Below are positions 50,151 through 64,000 of a stretch of 64,000 bases of DNA, one piece after another. Source of the stretch: Macrostomum lignano (taxonomy: Eukaryota); the NCBI GenBank assembly GCA_002269645.1, contig NIVC01001574.1, forward strand, positions 202,190 to 266,189. The letters run 5' to 3'. The position numbers and the translations under genes are program-made. Numbering within the stretch: position 1 is the stretch's first letter; the number at the start of each line of letters is the position of its first letter. The notes beneath the pieces were generated by a model. The model saw only the letters and a list, made by a program, of their open reading frames with translations. It ran no database searches and was not told where the DNA came from.

Positions 50151-51027
50151 TCACTCCAGGTGCGAATCTTCGGCTTCCACCTTCTGGTTTTTTGGCTGAC
50201 CCTCGTAATAGCCGCTGTAGACACTGTTCTGGGACTTTCCTCCGCAGTACTTTTTCCGTTCACCGGGGCAGGGAATGTAGCACAGGTCCTCTGGCGCTCT
50301 GCCGTGGAAGCCATACGAATCACCGCACCAGCACTCGGTACCGCGCTGCAGTCCGATGTAACCCGACTTGAACAGCTTGCACATCTGAAAGCACCTTTCT
50401 ACCGTCATGTCTGCAGCGTTGCCCGCCCGATTCGGCAGGTCGCGGTCGTCGCTGCGATCGTCATAGCAGCCGATGTACCTTGCGCTGGCGAAGGCTGCGC
50501 GAAAAAAAGGTTTTTAGTTTGGTTGGGCTAAAAGATTACTTGATTTAAAACTAAATAGACGGCTTGCAAGAGTGCACTGAAAGAAGTTCTATAAAACTCA
50601 GTTACATGCGCGCCATTCCCTGTGTGCCATTATATGTGTATATAATAATAATAATAACAACAATAATAATAATACTAAAAATACTAATAATATTAATACT
50701 AAAAATAATTGATTACACCTGCCCCAAATAGGCCAGATGTGCAACCGACAGCTCAGCCTACTTATACATGTATAACATATCGCTACATAGAGCTAGTATG
50801 ATTTATTCCTTTAAGACTTAAGCTTGACGTCTTATGCACTCTTTTTGGCTGATCTTAGAATTAAACCAACTCAACTTGTGTGCTTCTGTAATTAAGAAAG
50901 TTAATTAGGCAGATCAGCTCAGCTCACCGTCAATAGCAACCTTCATGCAGCTTGAGGCCCAGTGAATTCGCAGAGCGGTCATAAAGGCAATCAGCATGAC
51001 CGTCACGGCGTGACCTCTGCGCGACAT
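50151..51027 (-). CDS. Secreted single-WSC-domain protein A (~147 aa)
   Basis: Exons 51027-50928 (signal-like MSRRGHAVTVMLIAFMTALRIHWASS) and 50494-50151, joined by a phase-1 GT-AG intron. WSC motif YIGCYDD...MTVERCFQMC...YIGLQRGTECWCG...CYIPCPG...CGG..NSVY. Confidence 0.88.
50712..50758 (+). mobile_element. Truncated copy of the SINE-like repeat
   Basis: CACCTGCCCCAA...GTGCAACCGACAGCTCAGCC matches 12975-13015. Confidence 0.55.
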
Positions 51028-51714
51028 GGCGTCGGGATTAAAACTGTTGGCAGGTAAATCTTTTTAGTTTCACTGGTGCCCTGGTGCATAAATGCTAAAG
51101 CTGGATTCAGCTTCAAGTATATAAGCCTGAAATAAATTTATAGTGTTGCAGCTCATTCAGCTGCAAACTTAAATGCCCCATAGACGATAGTTACTATGAT
51201 TTAGCTGGGAAACTTCAGCTTGGGTTCTTAGAAAGTCCACAAATGCCTTGCTATGTTGCTGCATCTGGTCTCGTGTACTCTTGGGAAGCGAATCGATGTC
51301 AATTCGTTCGAGATGGTCAACCGACAGAGAGTGGATTCTCTGGTAGATCTGACAGTTGTATGTCATGCACCGACTGGGCATCGTTAGCTGGATTTTTCAA
51401 GAAGCGAATAAACGCATCAAGATTGTCTTTATTTGCGTGGTCCGTTGCACTCAGTAGAGAAATGAAGTCCATTTCGGTGCGAGTTCCTCCGTTAAGAGAA
51501 TCAGTAGTCTATGGCCGAAATCTATGCAGTCTAAATGCAGTCTCAGTTTTTGATTTGCTGAGGTAGCGTTACGCAATGTTCTATAGTCTATGGTAAAAAC
51601 ATAGTTACAGTAAGCTTATTCACAGTTAAACAAGAGTTAAAAAAAAGCAGAAAATTCACGAGTGCGCAGCTGACAGCGTTCGAAGTCATCAAACTTCTTG
51701 ATCTATATCCTCGA

Positions 51715-51935
51715 CACTCAAAGATCGTGTAATGTTTTGGAGGCCGATTTCCGTAAAAAAATACACTGCGGCGATAGGAAAAGTTCATTTTTTCATCACA
51801 AAAATCTATGATGGCATTTTATCTGGGTCAGTGATAACTAAAAAAGACTCATAGTCGTCCTCTGATCTGGCTTAATGAAGACTACCATTCTTTGACGGAT
51901 TTTGGCCTCCAAAAACATTACTCGATCTTTGAGTG
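51715..51935. mobile_element. MITE-like element (221 bp) with ~45-bp imperfect TIRs
   Basis: CACTCAAAGATCGTGTAATGTTTTGGAGGCC...CCGT on the left is inverted relative to ACGG...GGCCTCCAAAAACATTACTCGATCTTTGAGTG on the right. No ORF. Flanks are GA and TA. Confidence 0.7.
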
Positions 51936-51954
51936 TAGCCTCCTGATATACTGC

Positions 51955-52105
51955 TAGTGGTCTTTGATGGGTACTAGCATTAGCTGGGGTAATTTTGTGT
52001 AGGCGCCCCCTCCCAGAGTCTTTGGATTGAACATCCGTACGCAGCCTTCAGGTGTGCCGCGCAATAGCTGCGGCTGAGCTGCCGGTTGCACATCTGCCCA
52101 TTATC
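51955..52105 (-). mobile_element. Dispersed SINE-like repeat, inverted copy
   Basis: The reverse complement aligns with 12985-13110. Confidence 0.65.
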
Positions 52106-52975
52106 GGCTCAAGCGAGAGGCCTGGTGGCCGGGTCACTACAACGACGTCGAGCGATACGTCAAGCAGTGTGTGAGATGCGCGGAGATCCGCACGTCACCA
52201 GCCCGCACGATGCACACCTTGGCCAGCGGAGACAACGGGCGGAGACAAGCGACCACGAGCACGTGCAAGGAGCCGGCTCCCTCCTCATCGCGATGGACGC
52301 CTACTCTGGTTGGCCGGAGGCGGTGCTGGTGCCCGACAAGACGGCCAGAACGACGCTGCGGATCCTGCGGGCGATCTTCTCGAGGCGAGGCGTGCCCCGG
52401 ACCCTGGTATCTGCAGACAACGCGCCAGAATTCTGCGACGGCGAGCTGCAGCATTGGCTACAGCGCATTGGGTGCAACCTGGTTCACTCGCCGCCGTACC
52501 ATCCGCAGTCCAACGGCTGTGCTGAGCGCATGGTCCAGACGGTGAAACACGGGCTCCGGGAATTCGCAGCGCACCGCGGATCCTTCGAAGCGTACCTGGC
52601 CAAGCTGCTGCTCAATTACCGTTCGACGGCGAGGAGCGACGGCCGGGGCAGCCCGTCGGCACTGATGGGCCGACAGCTGAGGAGTCCGCTCACGATGGCC
52701 TTAGAGATTGACGCACAGTTGTTTACCAGCCAAGCTCCAGTGCAACGGCCGAGCCCGCTCGCTAAGTGGTCCAAGCTGGCAGCAACACGGCGGTGATCAT
52801 CCGCGACAACAACCGGCCGGTCCTCGCCCATCGGGACCAAATTCGGCCGCTGACCGTCGACTCGACAGTCACGCCAGGGCAGGAGCAAGTGACCGAGCGC
52901 GGACCGAGACTCCCGAGGCCAGGCAGCCCCAACACCGAAATCGAGGTGCCGGCGGCTCCGAGGCGTAGCAACCTT
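52106..52975 (+). mobile_element. Ty3/gypsy-type LTR retrotransposon integrase remnant (frameshifted)
   Basis: Zinc-binding end WWPG..VERYVKQCVRC; catalytic core MDAYSGWPEA, GVPRTLVSADNAPEF, HSPPYHPQSNGCAERMVQTVK; SPSALMGRQLRSPL; C-terminal RRS motif. No RT or LTR recognised. Confidence 0.88.
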
Positions 52976-53479
52976 ATTGCTACGACACGATTAAAAGTGC
53001 TTTTTTATCGGCAACTTTTTCTTGTCTTAAAATTCTGCTGCAAAACCCCAGAGTGACAAAGTGACAAAAGAAAACTTATTAAAGTCTATTTAGTTAATAA
53101 AGTAAATGGTAGACAACTTGTTGCAAGAAAACACCTTTGTATTGCTAAGTTTAAAGCCACAAAAATTCGAGAAATAAATATTCAAGTTCCAGACAAGGCT
53201 TATTGGGACGGATCTTATTTCTGAGGCCATCGGTACACATGCACTGTGAAGGCATATATTCCAATAAGTGGTGCAAAAGCCTTTGGCATGGGTGACTAAA
53301 CCTAATTAAAAAAAAAAACCGTCCCTAATTTGCACTGCCGTGGGAGGGGGAATGTTCAGGGCAGAAAAAAACTTCTACAGATGGTTTATGCTCCTTGCTG
53401 ACGTCGCATGATGGCGAAGCTCCGTAGCTGCAGAACTAGAAACTTGCTAAGGGGAACTATAGAGTCATCCGCCGGCCTC

Positions 53480-54641
53480 TCAGTACACAATCTTGTACAC
53501 CGAGTTGTGCAGCAGGCCGCCGCAGCGGTCTTTACGCTCTCCGACGCACCGAGTTGAGCACATGACCTCTTCCGCTTTGCCGTGCTTGCCGAACTCCTGG
53601 CCGCACCAGCATGAGATGCCCTCCTGCAGGCCGAAGTACTTGGCTTGGTACTTGCGGCACCAGGTCTCGCACAGTTCCCGCTTCATGTCCGGGTTGTAGC
53701 CGGCCAGGGTGGGCAGGTCTCGGGGGACTCGCTTGTCCACGTAACAGCCCTCGTAGACTGGATGTGGCTTAGGGGCCGCCGCCTTTATGACTGCGAGCGA
53801 GGGGTGACAGAGTGGGGGAGTGACAGAGTGGGGGAGTGACAGAGTGGGGGAGTGACAGAGTGGGGGAGTGAAAGAGTGGGGGAGTGACAGAGTGAGGAGT
53901 GACGGAGTGGGGGAGTGAAAGAGTGGGGGAGTGACAGAGTGAGGGGTGACAGAGTGGGGGAGTGACAGAGTGGGGGAGTGAAAGAGTGGGGGAGTGACAG
54001 AGTGAGGGGTGACAGAGTGGGGGAGTGACAGAGTGGGGGAGTGAAAGAGTGGAGGAGTGACAGAGTGAGGAGTGACGGAGTGGGGGAGTGAAAGAGTGGG
54101 GGAGTGACAGAGTGAGGAGTCGGGGAGTGACAGTGGGGGAGTGACAGAGTGGGAGGAGTGACAGAGTGAGGAGTGACAGAGTGAGGATTGACAGAGTGAG
54201 GAGTGGGGGAGTGACAGTGGAGTAGTGACAGAGTGAGGAGTGAAAGAGTGGGAGAGTGACAGAGTGAGGAGTGACAGAGTGGGGAGTGACAGAGTGGGAG
54301 AGTGACAGAGTGGGGAGTGGCAGAGTGAGGAGTGACAGTGAGGAGTGACAGAATGGGGGTGACAGTGAGCAGTGGCAGAGTAAGGATGAGAGTTGGGCGA
54401 GTGACAGGCAGTTAATTATGAGCTACTTAATTTAAGCAACTCAAGAGTAAACAAACCATAAATACTTTTATACTCATGGCTAAAAAACACAATTTCGATA
54501 CATATCCCTGATAGCAGTTCAGATCAAAAGAAAGCCGGTCTCACTGGATTTTTTGCAAGCCAGAACGCCGCGCGTCATCAAGGCGAAGCTGAGCAGCGCA
54601 AGAGCGACTTTCACAGCGTTGAAGCCGCAGGGTCCAGGCAT
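53480..54641 (-). CDS. Secreted single-WSC-domain protein B (~135 aa)
   Basis: Exons 54641-54545 (MPGPCGFNAVKVALALLSFALMTRGVLA) and 53790-53480, joined by a phase-1 GT-AG intron. Motif YEGCYVD..RDLP..MKRELCETWC..YFGLQEGISCWCG..CSTRCVG..CGG..NSVY. Confidence 0.88.
53800..54405. repeat. ~16-bp purine-rich minisatellite (GAGTGGGGGAGTGACA)n in the WSC-B intron
   Basis: Direct reading; runs up to the acceptor. Confidence 0.92.
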
Positions 54642-55074
54642 GGCCTGATTCTATAACTTACTCGCGGTTTTGGAATATTCTTGCAATGGAAACAAGCGTT
54701 CTATCTGACAGCTTCTCTCTAGGCCTGATCGAGCGTGAGCCAAGTGAGGCTTGACTCTATAGAGAGCAAGCGTTCGCCACTTAACTTACATCAGCTGTCT
54801 ATGGTTCGAAAATTTCCTTTTCTTGCGATGTGATGCCTCTAAAAATAGACTACTAGCTCGTATTGAATAGCGCCACACCTCTTAATTGCGAGGGTAAATT
54901 ATATGAAACGGGTTGCAAAAATATTAATGAGGTCACTTTCCCACTTTGTGTTTTACTTCTGTCAAAGTTTCAATTCATTAGTAAACATGTAACATGTCGA
55001 TTTATTAGCTAATTTTGACCGTTTACCGATTCAAACCTCCTGTCAGTTAATCTACAAACCTCACAATGAATAAT

Positions 55075-55370
55075 TCCGCAGACCCCAAGCACTGTCAGTC
55101 ACTCCGCAGACCCCACCGTCAGTCACTCCACAGACCTCGCTGTCAGTCACTCCGCAGACCCCACTGTCAGTCACTCCGCAGACCCATTGTCAGTCACTCC
55201 GCAGACGCCACTGTCAGTCACTCCGTAGACCCCACTGTCAGTCACTCCGCAGACCCCATTGTCAGTCACTCCGCGGACCTCATTGTCAGTCACTCCGCAG
55301 ACCTCACCGTCAGTCACTCTGCAGACCTCACCATCAATCACTCTGCAGACCTCACCATATCAGTCACTCC
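55075..55370. repeat. ~24-bp minisatellite (CAGTCACTCCGCAGACCCCACTGT)n
   Basis: Direct reading. Confidence 0.88.
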
Positions 55371-55702
55371 GAAAACCTTTTGATGCTTTTGGTTTTGCGG
55401 ACTGCACCCTGAAACGCAGCTGTACTGAAAAAACTGAATAAGTACTTCCACTTCCACATCAATTAGGCCCCTCTCTGATGCTTTTTAATACAGGTCAGTA
55501 GCTTGAAAAGTGGAAACATAAATATAGTACCCTCAGCAGCGTGCATAAGACTCATTTTAAAGCTGACTCCGGCGAGTTTAAAATTGTCGGTTCACAAATT
55601 CAATTGATCATGAATAGCCTAGATTGATGGATTGATTGACTCAAAATTTTGTAGTGCATTTTTATTAGTTTAAAAAGCCAAACAAATCTCCCTCCACCAG
55701 CT

Positions 55703-55775
55703 GCCTCGTTAGCGCAGTAGGTAGCGCGTCAGTCTCATAATCTGAAGGTCGTGAGTTCGATCCTCACACGGGGCA
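55703..55775 (+). tRNA. tRNA-Met (CAT), elongator type
   Basis: 73 nt, GCCTCGT...ACGGGGCA, with a paired acceptor stem, D-arm, anticodon CAT at 55736-55738, T-loop GTTCGAT and a T-run terminator at ~55781-55785. Confidence 0.97.
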
Positions 55776-57059
55776 CTACATTTTTGTAATAGATTCTTTT
55801 TACAGTTAATGGGTTAACAGACTCTGAGACAAAGTATACTAGTAGGTTTATGAATTTGTGGGCTTCATTTTGCAAAAAAATATCTAACTGATTAGTTTTG
55901 CTGATTATTCCTAAGTAGAAACGGTACATATACACGTGCGCCGTACGGCAAGATTTTGTAATTTGACCAAATTAAATATGCATATACAGTTCCATTTCTC
56001 AGAAACTAGTCCAAAATAAAAATTATATTTGATTAAAAACCCTACATTTTTTTAAATGCACATCAGAACTCGGAAATATTTATTGAAATGTTTTCTTAAC
56101 TTTGCTTCAGAATAACGGGTCTTACGAAACATATCCAGTAAAAATTCAAGTCGAATGAATGAGTCCGATATTAAATTAAAGTATCTAAATATTATTTTAT
56201 AGCATGACAATAATCTTGTTATTTTGAGAAACCCGTTGAATTTTTTCTGAAATTTTGAGTTTTAACTTCTTGCTTTTTGCAAAATTTACACGCAAGACTC
56301 GCAGATATATATTTATTTATAATAAATCTCGTTAAGATGTCTGTATGATGCTACTGGTGATAAGTAGGCCAAGAATTAGTGCCAACATGTTAACTTTTGT
56401 TTAAATAAACGACGCAAACGAAAAATTGTGCGCCTATTTATGTTTAGAAACGACAAATTTATTGCAACCACACGGATGAACAGAGAGCATTTTAAACACC
56501 AACTAAAAGTTAAACAGACAGGCAGTGAAAACATTGGTGAAGAAAAGCCGGTGACTTGTGACTGGCTGAACTGAATGCAAATAAATTACTAAAAAGTAAT
56601 GAGAAGTGAATTTCAAAAGCAAAAAAATCATTTAGTGTGCGATACATGCTACTGTCTCCTGCCAATTAAGCGAGTAGAAGACATATTTTTGTAAACTTCA
56701 TAGCTGACTAGGGTGAAATTAGATTCAAAGGCTATTTTTCAAAGAAATGCAAATCGTGAACAGCGTTATTGCATCACATGTTGGATCTGAGCCTTTGTAA
56801 TGTTAGGAAGAATTTCAACAGAATAAAAATTCTATAATTATGACGAATATCAAAGTGAAAACAATACAAATGGAAGGCATATACTACCTGTGTTCGTTGG
56901 TAGGAGCGCAATTTGGAGATAAACAGATGACAGATGTTGAAGATTACAAGCACTGAACGGGGGTCACATATCAAAGTAACTGAAGTAGCACATAAGCGGG
57001 CAGCTTGGACGAGAAAATATGTGGAATGGATGATTCAGCATATGAGATCCACTATGAAT

Positions 57060-57640
57060 CCAGGATTTGGGATCTAGGGATCTGGGATCTGAGATCTCGG
57101 ATCTGGGTCTAGGGTCTGAGATCTCGGATCTGGATCAAGAATCTGGGATCTGGGATCTGGATTTGGGATTTAGGATCTGGGATAGTAGGAACTGGAAGCT
57201 GGGATCTGGGATTTAGGATCTGGAATAGTAGGAACTGGAAGCTGGGATCTGGAATAGTAGGAACTGGAATCTAGGATCTGGGATAGTAGAAACTGGAATC
57301 TAGGATCTGGAATAGTAGCTAGGAACTGGAATCTAGGATCTGGAATAGTAGGAACTGGAAGCTGGGATCTGGGATTTAGGATCTAGGATAGTAGGAACTG
57401 GAATCTAGGATCTGGGATAGTAGGAACTGGAAGCTGGGATCTGGGATATAGGATCTGGAATAGTAGGAACTGGAAGCTGGGATCTGGAATAGTAACAACT
57501 GGAATCTAGGATCTGGGATATAGGATCTGGAATAGTAGGAACTGAAAGCTGGGATCTGGATTTGGGATTCAGGATCTGGGATAGTAGGAACTGGAAGCTG
57601 GGATCTGGATTTTGGATTCAGGATCTGGGTCAGTAGGAAC
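57060..57640. repeat. Compound GGATCTG-core minisatellite on the left flank of the LINE
   Basis: Units such as GGATCTGGAATAGTAGGAACTGGAATCTA. Confidence 0.9.
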
Positions 57641-58055
57641 AGTTAGGGGGGGCAAACGGCAACTTAAACCGAGGGACTCTGTGACATCCGCCAGCTTTTC
57701 GTTTTTCGAGGAGGCTCTTCCCCCTCCTTTTCGTTCTGGCCTGGCGTGGAAGCGGCTAGCTTCCTCGTCTTGGTCTGCTAGTGGGGGCGGATCCCCCCTG
57801 CTGCTTTTTTTGCGGGGCAGTGGCTGCCTAAGTAGTTGGCTGCTGGCTAAGCGCCAACTACCCATCGACAGCCCTTAGTTGCAACTGGTACCACACGGGT
57901 TCTCGAGGGCCGCTCTTGTGGGGAGGGCTCGGGCGTCGGCTGTCAACTCGACCTGGCGCCTGTGTCCAAGCCGCAGCCGGCCTCCCGCCCCCTGATCTTG
58001 CAGAGTGTGGACCGGGGGCCTGCCGGAGCCTCGCCTGGGAGCAATCCTGGGATAA

Positions 58056-63008
<4,953 letters not shown>

Positions 63009-63026
63009 TAAGTAAGTAAGTAAGTA

Positions 63027-63790
63027 TGATGGAATCTGGGATCTGCATGATGGAATCTGGGATCTGCATGATGGAATCTGGGATCTGCATGATGGAATCT
63101 GGGATCTGCATAACAGAGTCTGGGATCTGCATGATGGAATCTGGGATCTGCATGATGGAATCTGGGATCTGCATGATGGAGTCTGGGATCTGCATAACAG
63201 AGTCTGGGATCTGCATGATGGAATCTGGGATCTGCATGATGGAGTCTGGGATCTGCATAACAGAGTCTGGGATCTGCATGATGGAATCTGGGATCTGCAT
63301 GATGGAATCTGGGATCTGCATGATGGAGTCTGGGATCTGCATAACAGAGTCTGGGATCTGCATGATGGAATCTGGGATCTGCATGATGGAATCTGGGATC
63401 TGCATGATGGAATCTGGGATCTGCATGATGGAGTCTGGGATCTGCATAACAGAGTCTGGGATCTGCATGATGGAATCTGGGATCTGCATGATGGAATCTG
63501 GGATCTGCATGATGGAGTCTGGGATCTGCATAACAGAGTCTGGGATCTGCATGATGGAATCTGGGATCTGCATGATGGAATCTGGGATCTGCATGATGGA
63601 GTCTGGGATCTGCATAACAGAGTCTGGGATCTGCATGATGGAATCTGGGATCTGCATGATGGAATCTGGGATCTGCATGATGGAATCTGGGATCTGCATG
63701 ATGGAATCTGGGATCTGCATGATGGAATCTGGGATCTGCATGATGGAGTCTGGGTGGAGTCTGGAGTCTGGATGATGGAGTCTGGATGAC
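63027..63790. repeat. 21-bp minisatellite (ATGATGGAATCTGGGATCTGC)n with a periodic ATAACAGAGT variant
   Basis: Direct reading; accounts for the MMESGIC, IMQIPDS and HHADPRF ORFs. Confidence 0.97.
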
Positions 63791-63815
63791 ACAAAAAAGC
63801 AATTTGCTGACAGAC

Positions 63816-64000
63816 CTGCAGGCCTTCCTGGTAGAAGCGCACTGTGGGCTTGGCCTGCTGCCCGCCGCTGCCGTCGCCAGCAAACAGGCGTCACCGCAGC
63901 GCACGGCGCGCACTGGCAGGTGGCCCGTGATGGGCGTGAAGCCAATCAAGGATGAGGCATCGAAGGGGTCGCGGGCCGACACCTCATCGTCAGCCTCGTC
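63816..64000 (-). other. Possible exon fragment of an unidentified gene entering from beyond the window
   Basis: GC-rich, protein-like frames (DEADDEVSARDPFDASSLIGF; VRFYQEGLQ) end at a CAG|GT junction next to the satellite. No family recognised. Confidence 0.25.

Noticed and set aside
53341-53356. Polypurine tract followed by TG as a gypsy 3' LTR start
   Set aside because: It lies ~370 bp beyond the integrase end, no second LTR copy is visible, and it falls in the WSC-B 3' region.

Overview
Eukaryotic (metazoan) genomic DNA with GT-AG introns, many of them filled with tandem repeats. The style is reminiscent of the flatworm Macrostomum, but that is inference only. Genes reconstructed by hand from splice sites and reading phase: the 3' end of a cystine-knot (ICK) peptide gene (1-111, +); a two-domain Ly6/uPAR-like GPI-anchored protein (1298-2532, +); a secreted PAN-like plus F-type lectin gene broken by a retrotransposon (9522-~10125, +); a 25-kb, 8-exon, three-Ig-domain GPI-anchored IgLON/Lachesin-like gene (13417-38709, -); an NAD-dependent glycerol-3-phosphate dehydrogenase with a duplicated active-site segment (45529-49267, -); two secreted single-WSC-domain genes (50151-51027 and 53480-54641, -); and a tRNA-Met(CAT) (55703-55775, +). 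Mobile DNA: a near-complete RNase H-bearing LINE (~57645-63026, +), a 5'-truncated RNase H LINE (~10126-12048, -), a Ty3/gypsy integrase remnant, two TIR elements and SINE-like repeats. There are about 30 distinct micro/minisatellite arrays. Most long low-complexity ORFs in the supplied track are translations of these arrays. The best leads are inverted satellite arrays bracketing Ig exon 2, introns built almost wholly from one repeat, and the duplicated GPDH active-site exon. I found no prokaryotic-type system such as CRISPR.
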